64,000 bases of DNA. Source: an uncultured delta proteobacterium. Its GTDB lineage: Bacteria; Myxococcota; Kuafuiibacteriia; Kuafuiibacteriales; Kuafuiibacteriaceae. Made by a program: the position numbers and the translations under genes. Of this stretch, positions 42,026 through 52,313 are shown piece by piece. Each line of letters opens with the position of its first letter. The stretch's first letter is position 1. The notes beneath the pieces are model-generated. The model did not search any database. It saw nothing but the letters and a program-made list of their open reading frames with translations, and was not told the DNA's origin. The stretch lies in assembly GCA_963803435.1 (NCBI GenBank), contig CAWDML010000005.1, positions 224,001 to 288,000 of the forward strand, read 5' to 3'.

Positions 42026-42035
42026 GGGGGCAGCG

Positions 42036-42458
42036 ATGAACACAAACCCGATCCGCGAGTTGATCGCACGCCTCACGAAGTCGGGGCTCCCGGGCGAGCG
42101 CGCGCAGCTCGACGAAGGCGCGCTCGGGATCATCCGCACCGCGATCCACGCGCGGATCGGGCAGGACGATCTGATGGACTGCGTGGAAATGGTGTTGGCG
42201 GTGGCCGACGTCTTCACGTTACAGCTCGCGTCGCCCACCGCGGCCGGCGCGCTGGTGGCGCTGGTGAACGATGTGGACGTCGTCGACGCGCTCGTGCGGA
42301 TCAACGAGGCGCGCCGGCGGGAGCAGCGAGTGCGCGCCGAGGCCTGCGCGCAGGTGGGAGCGACGGCGATCGAGCGGAGCGCGCCGCGGATCGATCAAGC
42401 GCGGCCTGCGGGTACGCTCCGGCTCCAGGATCTCCACCGTCCGCGGCGCCTGGGTTGA
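42036..42458 (+). CDS. Hypothetical helical protein
   Basis: GAGGGG RBS; starts 10 nt after the previous stop. Confidence 0.65.
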   Translation: MNTNPIRELIARLTKSGLPGERAQLDEGALGIIRTAIHARIGQDDLMDCVEMVLAVADVFTLQLASPTAAGALVALVNDVDVVDALVRINEARRREQRVRAEACAQVGATAIERSAPRIDQARPAGTLRLQDLHRPRRLG

Positions 42459-42461
42459 TCC

Positions 42462-43586
42462 TCACCCAGGCGGCTCGTACATCAAGAACGTCGCCGGCAG
42501 CGGGCCGTTGTGCATCGGCTTCTTCATCTTCGGCTTGCGGCGGAAGATCTCCTCGAAGGCGCGCGAGCCGGCGAGGAGCGCACAGCGGTAGCCCAGTCGG
42601 TCGGCGAGCTCGACCAGCTCCTTGGCGATCTGCTCGACCACCGCCTCGTCCCCGAGGCGGACGCCGTACGGCGGGTTGGTGAGGATCAGGCCGCGGTGGT
42701 GGACGGGGCGGCCGGCCTTCTGGAGGGTGGTGTGGATCCGCTTCAGCGTCAGGTCGCGGAGGTCGCCGTGGAGCGGGACCACCATGTCGGCGATGCCGGC
42801 GCGGCGGAGGTTCTCGCGCATCGGCTCCTGCTGGGGCGTCTGGATCTCGTGCGCGATGATCGCAGGGTCGGTCCCGGGGAACAGGTCGATGAGCGGCCTT
42901 CCTCCCTCGAGCGCCCGGGGGAGCTTGGGGCGACGCGGATCGACCCAGCGCTTGCGTCCGGTGGTCATGAGCGCGGCCTCGGCGGCGATCGTGCCGCTGC
43001 CGGCCATCGGATCGATCAGGACCTCCGTCCTCGGATCCCAGCGCGACAGGATGACCATCTGAGCCGCGAGGGTCTCCTTGAGCGGCGCCGGTCCCTCCTC
43101 CAGACGCCAGCCGCGGAGGTGCAGGCTCTGGCCCGCCAGATCGATCGCGATCAACAGCCCCTGCGGGATCTGTCGCACCGAGAAGATCAGCTCGGCGTGC
43201 TCGGGATCGAGGTGGAGCTCGATCTTGCGATCCTTGGCGCCGTCGATGAGCGCGTTCTTGACGGTGCCTCGGATCTGCAGTGGGCCTGCCGCGAAGCGAT
43301 CCATCCGCGAGACCTCGACGGAGATGCGGAGGCCGTCGATCATCCAGGGGCGATCGTCGGCCGCCACGTCGGCGCGGAGGGCGTCGTACAGCGGCTCGAG
43401 TCGATCGGTCTCGACGACGTAGAGATCCCAGAGGGCACGCGAGGGCGTACGGAGGTAGTGCACCGCCATTCGGGCGAGCTCGGGATCGAACGGGTAGAGG
43501 AGAGTTTGCTCGTCGGCGCGCTTCGGCTCCGTCCGTTGAAAGCCGTCGATCGCGCGGGGGCCAAGGCGCTTGACCTCGGCCTCCAT
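42462..43586 (-). CDS. THUMP-type rRNA m2G methyltransferase (RlmL-like, single domain)
   Basis: IDLAGQSLHLRGWR, APLKETLAA, DPMAGSGT, TNPPYG. Confidence 0.85.
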   Translation of the reverse strand: MEAEVKRLGPRAIDGFQRTEPKRADEQTLLYPFDPELARMAVHYLRTPSRALWDLYVVETDRLEPLYDALRADVAADDRPWMIDGLRISVEVSRMDRFAAGPLQIRGTVKNALIDGAKDRKIELHLDPEHAELIFSVRQIPQGLLIAIDLAGQSLHLRGWRLEEGPAPLKETLAAQMVILSRWDPRTEVLIDPMAGSGTIAAEAALMTTGRKRWVDPRRPKLPRALEGGRPLIDLFPGTDPAIIAHEIQTPQQEPMRENLRRAGIADMVVPLHGDLRDLTLKRIHTTLQKAGRPVHHRGLILTNPPYGVRLGDEAVVEQIAKELVELADRLGYRCALLAGSRAFEEIFRRKPKMKKPMHNGPLPATFLMYEPPG

Positions 43587-43636
43587 CGCTCGGTTCGCGC
43601 CGCCGGAGCCGATCAGGCGGAGATCGTTCGTTCGCG

Positions 43637-43972
43637 TTACGGCCCCGCCTCCTCGATCAGCATCCCGCGCTTGTCCTCGACCTCTTTGTACTCCTCAGCC
43701 TCGGGGAGGGGATCGCGCTTGGCGCTGATCACCGGCCACTGCGCGGTCAGACGCACGTTCAGCTCGATGAAGTCGTTCCACTTCTCCGGAAGATCATCCT
43801 CCGCGAAGATGGCGGTGGTCGGACACTCGGGCTCGCACGCACCACAATCGATGCACTCGTCGGGATCGATCACGAGGAAGTTCTTGCCCTCATGGAAGCA
43901 GTCCACCGGGCACACGTCGACGCAGTCGGTGTATTTGCACCGGATGCAGGGCTCAGCGACTATGAACGTCAT
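43637..43972 (-). CDS. fdxA: 7Fe ferredoxin (FdxA family)
   Basis: [18 protein letters not shown] and [12 protein letters not shown]; GGAG RBS. Confidence 0.95.
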   Translation of the reverse strand: MTFIVAEPCIRCKYTDCVDVCPVDCFHEGKNFLVIDPDECIDCGACEPECPTTAIFAEDDLPEKWNDFIELNVRLTAQWPVISAKRDPLPEAEEYKEVEDKRGMLIEEAGP

Positions 43973-44102
43973 AGCTCTCCTTCTAAACGGCTCCCGTTGG
44001 GAACCGACCCTGGCCTTACCGGACCCCGAGCCGTCGATCAATACCGGTGATGCCTCTTTGATCTCGCCTCCGTCTTCCCGCGCACGGTAGCTTCTCCGGA
44101 GC

Positions 44103-45677
44103 ATGGGCAGCGTGAAGATTGAGAGCTTTCTGCGCGGCGCGTGGCGGGCGGGCGCGGGAGAGGGTTCGACCCTGGTCAATCCGGCGACCGAGGACGTCGT
44201 CGCCACCGCGAGCACGCACGGGCTCGACCTTGGCGGTGCGCTCACCTTTCAGCGCGAGGTGGGCGGACCGAGCCTGCGCGCCCTCAGCTTCGCCGCCCGG
44301 GGCGAGCTGTTGCTCGAGCTGTCTCGCGCCCTGCACGCCGATCGGGAGCGCTTGATCGCGAGCGAGATCGAGAACGGCGGCTGCACCCGGGGCGACGCCA
44401 AGTTCGACGTCGACGGCGCCATCGCGGTCCTCGCGGCCTACGCCGAGGTTGGAAAGGCGCTCGGCGACCGCCGCGTGCTCCCCGACGGTGAAGGGATCCA
44501 GCTGGGGCGCAGCCCCCACTTTTGGGGCCAGCACGTGTACGTCCCGCGCACCGGCGTCGCGGTGCTGATCGACGCCTTCAACTTCCCGGCCTGGGGATTC
44601 GCCGAGAAGGCGGCCTGCGCCTGGCTCGCGGCGATGCCGGTCTTGATCAAGCCCGCGACCTCGACGGCGCTCACCGCCTATCTGGCGGCGCGCACCCTCG
44701 TCGACAGCGGCAAGCTCCCCGACGGTGCCATCGGGTTCGTCGGTGGGTCCGCCGGAGATCTCCTCGATCACCTCGGTGGACAGGACGTCGTCGCCTTCAC
44801 CGGGAGCGCGGACACCGGCGCGATGCTCCGGCGTCACCCGCGCATCATCGAGCACAGTGTTCCGCTCAACATCGAGGCCGACAGCTTGAACGCCGCGGTT
44901 CTCGGTCCCGACGTCGAGCAGGGCTCCGACACCTGGCAGCTCTTCATCCGGGAGGTGGTCCGGGAGATGACACAGAAGACCGGACAGAAGTGCACCGCGG
45001 TGCGGCGCATCGTGGTGCCGGAGGCGATCGCGGGCGAAGTCGCCGAGGCCATGGGCGAGCGGTTCCTCGAGATCACGATCGGCAACCCGGCAGACGAGGC
45101 CGTCCGGATGGGACCGCTGGCCACCGCCCAGCAGCGGGACGACACGCGGGCAGGGACGGCGTTGCTCCGCAAGGAGGCCGAGGTCGTGTTCGGCGATCCG
45201 GACGGCGCGGTGGGCGCGGTCGGTGTCGAGCCGGGCAAAGGGTACTTCTTCCCGATCGTCCTGCTGCGCGCCAAGAAGGCCGCGGAGGCCGCACATGTCC
45301 ATCGCCGCGAGGTCTTCGGACCGGTGGCCACGCTGCTTCCGTATTCGGCGGGTGTAGACGAAGCGGCCGCGCTGGTGCGTCTGGGCGGTGGAGGGTTGGT
45401 CGCATCGATCTTCAGCGACGACAAGCGATTCGTGGAGGCGGCCGTGCTCGGTATTGCGTCGCATCACGGGCGGGTCTACCTCGGCTCGGCCAAGGTCGCG
45501 GAGCTCGCCACCGGCTCGGGTCTCGTCCTTCCGCAGTGCGTCCACGGCGGTCCGGGCCGCGCGGGTGGAGGCGAGGAGCTCGGCGGTGCGCGCGGGGTGC
45601 AACGTTACCTGCACCGGATCGCTCTGCAGGGCGCACGCCCGGTGGTCGAGGCGATCACCGGCACCAAGCCCGCCTAG
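44103..45677 (+). CDS. Aldehyde dehydrogenase, BoxD / PaaZ N-domain type
   Basis: [54 protein letters not shown]; no MaoC domain. Confidence 0.9.
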   Translation: MGSVKIESFLRGAWRAGAGEGSTLVNPATEDVVATASTHGLDLGGALTFQREVGGPSLRALSFAARGELLLELSRALHADRERLIASEIENGGCTRGDAKFDVDGAIAVLAAYAEVGKALGDRRVLPDGEGIQLGRSPHFWGQHVYVPRTGVAVLIDAFNFPAWGFAEKAACAWLAAMPVLIKPATSTALTAYLAARTLVDSGKLPDGAIGFVGGSAGDLLDHLGGQDVVAFTGSADTGAMLRRHPRIIEHSVPLNIEADSLNAAVLGPDVEQGSDTWQLFIREVVREMTQKTGQKCTAVRRIVVPEAIAGEVAEAMGERFLEITIGNPADEAVRMGPLATAQQRDDTRAGTALLRKEAEVVFGDPDGAVGAVGVEPGKGYFFPIVLLRAKKAAEAAHVHRREVFGPVATLLPYSAGVDEAAALVRLGGGGLVASIFSDDKRFVEAAVLGIASHHGRVYLGSAKVAELATGSGLVLPQCVHGGPGRAGGGEELGGARGVQRYLHRIALQGARPVVEAITGTKPA

Positions 45678-45766
45678 ATTTTAGACCCTTTCACCCCACG
45701 ATCCCGCACACGAGCGCATGATGGATCGGGATCTTGGTTGGACCTAATCTCCCTACCAGGACCGGC

Positions 45767-48700
45767 ATGACGTCGATGCTCGAGGTGTTGCGGGAGTACA
45801 AGCACCTCACCGCGCGGAAGAAGAAGGAAGGTCAACTCCCGGCCAAGCTCGAAGAGCGGCTGCAGGAGCTGCATGGGTTGGTCCGCGCGAACGCACCTCA
45901 GGCGGCGGCACCGAGTCGACCGATGGAGGCCGCCTCGAGCGGCCCCTTTCCGGCGGCGGCCGCGGCGCCGCGAATGCCGTCGCAGGCGACGCCCCGCGTC
46001 GATGTGGAGCGCGAATCCACACCGGTGCCGATCACCAAGAAGAAGAATCGGAGGCTGAAGAAGCTCAGCGGGCTCGAGCTGATGCTCGCGTATCTCCCCA
46101 AGGATCCGCGACGCCGGCAGCTGGTGCTGTGGGGGATGGTGGCGCTCTGCTTCCTGCTCGGGATCGGCCTCGCGATCATCTTCGGTCTCTCCCTCGATCG
46201 TGCTGTCTCCAACCTGCTCCCGGCGATGACGACGATCGGCGGGGTCGGCTGGGCCGGGCTTTATCCGCTGCTGATGTCGTGGCGCGAGTACGTGGCGCGC
46301 AAGAGCGAGGACCACCTCCACTCCCCGGACTTCGAGGCGAAGGCGCCGGTCGTCGAGCCGTTCGTCGCGATCTTCGTCCTGCTGGCCGCGGTGATCTGGC
46401 TGATGGTGAGCGGGTACACGTCGGAGGGCGTCGGTCCGATCCTGGGCTATCTGGTCGGCATGAGCCTCGGCCTGGTCTCGGTGGCCGCGGCGGCGATCCT
46501 GATCGTGCGGCCGATCTTCGTGAAGCGGACCGAGGAGCGCTCGTTCAACCAGTACCTCGACGCCGGCGAGCACAACCTCAAGAAGAACAACACGAAGCGG
46601 GCGCGCCGGATGTTCGACAAGGCGCTCATGGTCGCCAAGTCGGATCAGCTGATCGAGCGGGCGGCGCGACACCTGAGGGACGCCACCGTCAAGGAGGCGG
46701 ACGAGCTGCGGTCGAAGGGCCTCCACGATCAAGCGGAGCGCTTGATCGAGGCGACGCGACAGAAGCGCGGGATGGCGTACCTCTCCGGTTGGGGCGGTCC
46801 GGCGGTGCGGGAGGCCGAGGTCGAGCCCGAGGACGTCTCGGTGATCAGCGTGAAGGACGTGCTTGCGCAGCAGTCCCCACCCAAGCTGCTCCGGATGGGT
46901 TCGGTGAAGGTCGCTGCCGAGGGGCCCACGCCGAGCGACGGCGACGGGCGGGCGGCGCTCCAGCGCGCGCAGATCCTCGAGAAGCGCGGCCGCGCGCGGG
47001 AGGCGCTCGAGGTGCTGGTGAGCTCCGACCTGCCGGTGACCCCGAGCGTCGCACGCGATGCCTCCAAGGAGTACATCGCGCAAGGTATGTTGCGGTCCGC
47101 CGACGTGATCTTCGAGGCGCTCGGCGAGGAACAGATCCCAGAGTTCTACAAGGCGGTCGCGCTGGAGCTGGAGCGCAGCAACGGCGGGAACCCTCCGCCG
47201 GAGGCCTGCCTGCGGCTGGCCAAGAAGCTGTCGCAGGCGCAGGACCTGAAGGCGGCGGCGCAGATCATGTGTCGCGGCGCCCTGTCGACCGACGGGACCG
47301 AGCAGGAGCGCCGCCACCTGGGCCAGCTCGCGATGGAGCTCTGCGTCCAGGTGGGCGCGCAACCGCCGCCTGAGCTGTTCGAGGCGCTCGGGCAGCTGGA
47401 CGCCGCCGCCCACGCGTACGAGACGGAGAAGCGCCCCGACGACGCCAAGCGTGCCTGGTACAAGCTGGCCGACAAGCTGCTCGCGCACGGGTCGCCGAAG
47501 CAGTACACGCCGGTGCTGTCGAAGCTCTTTCTCCTCGACGATCGCGCACTCGACGACAAGTATCTCGGTCCGCTCGCGGAGCAGGTGCTCGCCGCCCGAT
47601 CGACCACCAGCGCCAGCCTCAAGGTGCTGCAGACCTATCGGAAGCGAAACCCGACCGACCGCAAGATCGCCCGCCGATTGTTCGAGCTGTACACGGCCTC
47701 GGGCCGCCTCGACGACGCCCTGGTGGAGCTCGATCAGCTCTCCAAGCACGCGGACTCGACCACACACCTGCTCGAGGACTTCCAGCTCCTCGCCGACAGG
47801 TACCCCGACAGCTTCGACGTGCGCGCTCGGCTGGTGTCGGCCCAGCTCCGCATCGGCAAGGTCAAAGAGGCTGTGCTCGAGGTGAACGAGCTGATGAAGC
47901 TCGAAGCGGCGAGGTCCCGTCCCCAGGATTTGGTGCGCGTGCTCGAGTCGCTGTTCGAGTGGGGGCACTCGGATTCGGAGCTGAAGAAGGAAGCGGCGCT
48001 CCTGAAGCTGGCGACCGGCGACGACGCCGGCGCGCTCCAGATGCTCGAGACCTACGTGCTCGGCGGCGGTCGCGATCCCGAGGCCATCCAGCACGTGGAG
48101 GAGACGCTCCGGACCAGCCTGGTCAGCGGCTCGGGCGGCCCCAACCACGAGGCGCACATGCGGCTCGCGCGGTTCATGCTCCACCGCGGCGCGCCCGAGG
48201 AGGCGATCCCGCTGCTCGAGGTGTGCCGCCAGTCCACGACCTTCGCGTTCGAGGCGGAGATCTTGCTCGCTCGCGCCCACCTGGCGGCGTCGAACCCGCG
48301 CTCCGCCATCGACTATCTGCGCGACGCGATCGGCGGCCGCGGTCTCTCGGAGACCCCCGAGCTGCACTTCGAGCTCGCGCGCGCGTTCGAGGAGCTGGGA
48401 CACCTGGCGCAGGCTCAGAAGATCGACGACGCGCTCGACATGGCGATGCCCGGCTTCCGCAAGGAATACCTGGCCGACCGGCTCGTGTTCGAGAAGGCCG
48501 ACACGCAGTGGATACCGCCGATGGGCTTCGCCGACCCCGAGAGCCCGGCGAAGAACGACCCCGCCGATGGCTCGGTCGCGGGCGGCCCCACCGTGCTCGG
48601 CACCACCACCGGAATCGATCCGAAGCGGACGGTGGCCGATCCCGCTGAGCCTGCCGAGGCGCTGGATCTCTCGGAGGTCCTGGCGCCGCGCTACCAGCTC

Positions 48701-49516
48701 AAGAAGCGCGTGGGCTCCGGAGGCATGGGCGACGTCCACATGGCGGAGGATCTGATCCTTGGTCGCCGCGTGGCGATCAAGGTCCTCCGGCGATCGCTCG
48801 CCACCGATCTGTTCCTGGCGAAGTTCAAGGAAGAGGCGCGCATCGTCGCTCAGCTCACGCACCCCGGGATCGTGCAGGTCTACGACATCGGCCAGCGCGC
48901 CACGTGGGCGTACATCGTGATGGAGTACGTCGCCGGGCCGAACCTCGCCACCCTGGTCTCGGCCGCCACGCCGCCGCCCCGACCGCAGCTGCTCAACGTG
49001 ATGGCCGACGTCGCGGACGCGATGAGCTATGCGCACAAGCGCGGCGTCATCCATCGCGATCTCAAGCCCGCGAACATCCTGGTGGCGGTCGACGGCGTGG
49101 CGAAGGTGACAGACTTCGGCATCGCGCACGTGCTGCAGGGCGACGGTGGTGAGGAGACGGCGTTCTCGGCCGCGGGGATGCAGGTGGGGACTGTCAACTA
49201 CATGGCGCCCGAGCAGATCCGTGGCAAGAAGATCGATCCACGGACCGACATCTATCTGCTCGGCACGACGCTCTACTACTGCCTGTCCGGGAAGTATCCG
49301 TTCGTGGGGGACGCGATCGTGATCCAGAAGATCAAGAGCGATCCCACGCCGATCGAGAGATACGTCCCCAATGTGACGGCGGAGCTGTCGGCGTTCGTGA
49401 TGAAGTGCATCGCGCGCAACCCTGACGACCGCTGGCAGTCGATGGAGGAGGTCGGCCAGAAGCTGCGACGCCTACCCGATGCCCTCGCCGACGCGCGCAC
49501 CGAGCTGTTGAGGTAG
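45767..49516 (+). CDS. Multi-TM, TPR-repeat protein with C-terminal Ser/Thr kinase
   Basis: Four hydrophobic helices, TPR region, GSGGMG/VAIK/HRDLKPAN/DFG/APE. Confidence 0.9.
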   Translation: MTSMLEVLREYKHLTARKKKEGQLPAKLEERLQELHGLVRANAPQAAAPSRPMEAASSGPFPAAAAAPRMPSQATPRVDVERESTPVPITKKKNRRLKKLSGLELMLAYLPKDPRRRQLVLWGMVALCFLLGIGLAIIFGLSLDRAVSNLLPAMTTIGGVGWAGLYPLLMSWREYVARKSEDHLHSPDFEAKAPVVEPFVAIFVLLAAVIWLMVSGYTSEGVGPILGYLVGMSLGLVSVAAAAILIVRPIFVKRTEERSFNQYLDAGEHNLKKNNTKRARRMFDKALMVAKSDQLIERAARHLRDATVKEADELRSKGLHDQAERLIEATRQKRGMAYLSGWGGPAVREAEVEPEDVSVISVKDVLAQQSPPKLLRMGSVKVAAEGPTPSDGDGRAALQRAQILEKRGRAREALEVLVSSDLPVTPSVARDASKEYIAQGMLRSADVIFEALGEEQIPEFYKAVALELERSNGGNPPPEACLRLAKKLSQAQDLKAAAQIMCRGALSTDGTEQERRHLGQLAMELCVQVGAQPPPELFEALGQLDAAAHAYETEKRPDDAKRAWYKLADKLLAHGSPKQYTPVLSKLFLLDDRALDDKYLGPLAEQVLAARSTTSASLKVLQTYRKRNPTDRKIARRLFELYTASGRLDDALVELDQLSKHADSTTHLLEDFQLLADRYPDSFDVRARLVSAQLRIGKVKEAVLEVNELMKLEAARSRPQDLVRVLESLFEWGHSDSELKKEAALLKLATGDDAGALQMLETYVLGGGRDPEAIQHVEETLRTSLVSGSGGPNHEAHMRLARFMLHRGAPEEAIPLLEVCRQSTTFAFEAEILLARAHLAASNPRSAIDYLRDAIGGRGLSETPELHFELARAFEELGHLAQAQKIDDALDMAMPGFRKEYLADRLVFEKADTQWIPPMGFADPESPAKNDPADGSVAGGPTVLGTTTGIDPKRTVADPAEPAEALDLSEVLAPRYQLKKRVGSGGMGDVHMAEDLILGRRVAIKVLRRSLATDLFLAKFKEEARIVAQLTHPGIVQVYDIGQRATWAYIVMEYVAGPNLATLVSAATPPPRPQLLNVMADVADAMSYAHKRGVIHRDLKPANILVAVDGVAKVTDFGIAHVLQGDGGEETAFSAAGMQVGTVNYMAPEQIRGKKIDPRTDIYLLGTTLYYCLSGKYPFVGDAIVIQKIKSDPTPIERYVPNVTAELSAFVMKCIARNPDDRWQSMEEVGQKLRRLPDALADARTELLR

Positions 49517-49525
49517 GATTCAGAC

Positions 49526-52306
49526 GTGACGCGCCGCCTACCGGCAGAGCTCGGGGAGGTGATCGGAGGCTACCGCCTCGACGAGCTCATCAGTCGCGGA
49601 GGGATGGGATCGGTCTACAAGGCCACCCACGCGGTGCTGGGGCGGATCGCTTGCGTGAAGGTGCTCGACCGCTCCCTGGCGATGGACGACGGTTACGTGG
49701 CCCGCTTCCTCAAGGAGGCGAAGATCGTCAACGACGTCCGACACGAGAACATCGTCGACATCTTCGACTTCGTACAGTCGCAGAGCCCACGCCGGGTCGC
49801 ATGCATCATGGAGTACATCCACGGACGCACGCTGAACTCCGTGCTCGCGCAAGGTGCGTTGACGGTGGTCCAGTCGGTCAATGCGACCCTCCAGCTGATC
49901 GATGCGCTGCGCGCCGTGCACGCGAAGGGCGTGATTCATCGCGACATCAAGCCGAACAACATCATGGTGGTGGCGCCGTTCCAGTCTGACTTCTCGGTCC
50001 ACCCCGCCGTGAAGATCCTCGACTTCGGCATCGCCAAGGTCGAAGGCTCGAACTCTATCAAGACGGGCCCCGGGACCATGCTGGGTACGCCGGCGTACAT
50101 GGCGCCGGAGCAGATATCGGGCGACCGCATCACGGCCAAGACCGACGTCTATGCGCTCGGCGAGATCTTCTATGAGATGGTGTCGGCGCACCGCATCTAC
50201 AGCGGCACCAATGCCAACGACATCATCAAGCTGAAGCTGCTCGGCGAGCTCCCGGCGCTGCGCTTCCCGGCGCACCTTCGGGGCGTGGAGCGGATCCGGT
50301 GGATGATCGAGGCTTGCCTGTCCTCCGACGCCGGCCGCCGGCCTGCGCTCGGCGATCTCGAGGTCGCGCTCCTCGAGATCCGGCGCGAGAACCAGGGCCC
50401 GATCGCGACGCGGCCGGTCCTCGAGCGCACGCCGTCGGTCCCTCCCCCCGGCGACACCGAGCCCGTTCCGGCTCCGTCGCAGGCGGTGCGCCGCATCGGT
50501 GAGTACTACTGCTTCGCCGAGCTCCCCGCCCGCGGCATGACCCAGGCCTTCGTCGCTCGCAAGCAGGGTCAGGTCGAGATCTGCACGCTCAAGCGGCTGC
50601 TCCAGCACCTGACGGAGAACGCGACGGCGACGGCGCGCTTCACCCGCGAGGCCCGGATCGCCCAGCACCTCGTTCATCCGCGACTGGCGCGCCTGTTCGA
50701 CGCTTCGATCCAGGAGTCGACGCTGGTCCTGGCCAGCGAGTTCATCATCGGACAGCCGCTCGACGCCATCTTCGATCGCCTGCTCGACATGGGGCAGCGG
50801 ATGCCCCTCCAGGTCCTCGCGCCGATCGCGCTGGGTGTGCTCGACGGTCTCGCCTACGCCCACGCGGCCACCGACACCGCCGGGCGGCCGCTCTCGATCG
50901 TCCACCGTGACCTCACACCGAACGCGATCATCGTGGCGTTCAGCGGTGACGTGAAGATCCGCGACTTCGGGATCGCGCGCGCTTCGGTCGACGACTTCAG
51001 GACCTCGCCGGGGATGGCGGTCGGCTCGATCGAATACATGTCACCGGAGCAGGCGCGCTCGCAGCCGATCGATCATCGGAGCGATCTCTACACGTTCTCG
51101 ACGGTGCTCTACGAGGCGCTCTCCGGCCGGCCGGTGGTGCGCCAGGGCGCGACCATCCTCGATACGCTCAAGAGCGTCACCGGCGACAGGCCGCCCCCGC
51201 TCACCGAGGCGCGACCGGACCTGACGGCTCCGCTGGTGGCCGCGATCGAACGCGGTCTGGAGAAGGATCCGGCGCGGCGCTGGCAGGGCGCCGCCGAGTA
51301 TCGCGCGGCGCTGGGCGCGGCGCTCGGCCGCTTCTCGGACGCGTCCCTCGACGTGGTGGGCGACTTCCTGCGGGCGCTGATGCCCGAGGAGGAGCAGCGC
51401 GCCGTGGATCTGCTGGCGCAGATCCGCGAGGCCGGAGAGCAGCTCCCGGTCCGCGCCCCATTGGCAAGCGGAGCGCGTGGCGAGCGCGAGCGAGCGGAGG
51501 CGGGTGCGGGCGCTTCGCCCGAGCGGGCTCCGCTGGCAAGCGGAGGGCGCAGCGAGCGCCCGCGAGCCGAGGCGGGTCCGGAGCAGGCGCACGAGCCGAC
51601 AATCACGGTCCGCCGCCGCACCGCCGAGGAGCCGGGCGCCGACGAGCACGAGCCGTCGGTGATGACGATGCCGGGTGCGCCGGCCCCGCTGGAGCGGGGC
51701 TCGAGCGTGGCCCCGATCCCGCGCGTGGTGAGTGTGGCGACCAGCAGCCCGTCGCCCCGGGTGCCCTGGCTGGCGGGCGGAATCGCGGTCGCGGCGGTGG
51801 TGCTGCTGCTGGCGGTCGTGCTGGTGCGGCCGCCCGCGCCTGATCGCGCGCCCCAGGATCTGGCCCGCGTGGAGGCCGTCGAGGTCGAGCCCGAGGTGGC
51901 GCCGAAGGCACCGCCGTACGAGCAGCCGGTCGCGGTCGAAGAGGCGGAGGCGGTCGAGGCGCGGAAGCCGGCCGCGAAGCCGCAGGGCAAGCGGCCGCAC
52001 CCGGCTGTGGTGAAGCCGCCGCCCCGCGCGGTTCCGCCGCCTCCCGAACCCCCTCGGCCCCCGCCGGCCCGGACCATCCCGTTCGCGGGGATCCGACGCC
52101 AGCTCGCCCAGCTCCGCTCGAACCCGAAGGACGTGAAGCTGTTCGATCAGACGCTCGCTGCGATCTCGCAGGCCACCCGCGATCTCCCGGCCGACGGACG
52201 CCGCCGCGTGAAGGTCGATCTCGACGCGGCCGAGCGCACGTACGACGTGGAGCTGCTGGCGGCCGCGCTCAACAAGCTCGCGCTCGAGACTGCCCGCTCC
52301 AAGTGA
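49526..52306 (+). CDS. Ser/Thr kinase with two tandem kinase domains, TM helix and Pro-rich tail
   Basis: HRDIKPNN/DFG/APE, then HRDLTPNA/DFG/SPE. Confidence 0.9.
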   Translation: MTRRLPAELGEVIGGYRLDELISRGGMGSVYKATHAVLGRIACVKVLDRSLAMDDGYVARFLKEAKIVNDVRHENIVDIFDFVQSQSPRRVACIMEYIHGRTLNSVLAQGALTVVQSVNATLQLIDALRAVHAKGVIHRDIKPNNIMVVAPFQSDFSVHPAVKILDFGIAKVEGSNSIKTGPGTMLGTPAYMAPEQISGDRITAKTDVYALGEIFYEMVSAHRIYSGTNANDIIKLKLLGELPALRFPAHLRGVERIRWMIEACLSSDAGRRPALGDLEVALLEIRRENQGPIATRPVLERTPSVPPPGDTEPVPAPSQAVRRIGEYYCFAELPARGMTQAFVARKQGQVEICTLKRLLQHLTENATATARFTREARIAQHLVHPRLARLFDASIQESTLVLASEFIIGQPLDAIFDRLLDMGQRMPLQVLAPIALGVLDGLAYAHAATDTAGRPLSIVHRDLTPNAIIVAFSGDVKIRDFGIARASVDDFRTSPGMAVGSIEYMSPEQARSQPIDHRSDLYTFSTVLYEALSGRPVVRQGATILDTLKSVTGDRPPPLTEARPDLTAPLVAAIERGLEKDPARRWQGAAEYRAALGAALGRFSDASLDVVGDFLRALMPEEEQRAVDLLAQIREAGEQLPVRAPLASGARGERERAEAGAGASPERAPLASGGRSERPRAEAGPEQAHEPTITVRRRTAEEPGADEHEPSVMTMPGAPAPLERGSSVAPIPRVVSVATSSPSPRVPWLAGGIAVAAVVLLLAVVLVRPPAPDRAPQDLARVEAVEVEPEVAPKAPPYEQPVAVEEAEAVEARKPAAKPQGKRPHPAVVKPPPRAVPPPPEPPRPPPARTIPFAGIRRQLAQLRSNPKDVKLFDQTLAAISQATRDLPADGRRRVKVDLDAAERTYDVELLAAALNKLALETARSK
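51452..51577 (+). repeat. In-frame 54-nt imperfect duplication with internal hairpins
   Basis: Copies at 51452-51505 and 51524-51577. Hairpins CTCCGCT-ggca-AGCGGAG, GGGCGC-agcga-GCGCCC and CGGGCG-ctt-CGCCCG. Confidence 0.7.
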
Positions 52307-52313
52307 TCGACGA

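Noticed and set aside
44103-45677. Complete box/paa aromatic degradation cluster
   Set aside because: Only the aldehyde dehydrogenase is present; no boxABC or paa genes in the window.
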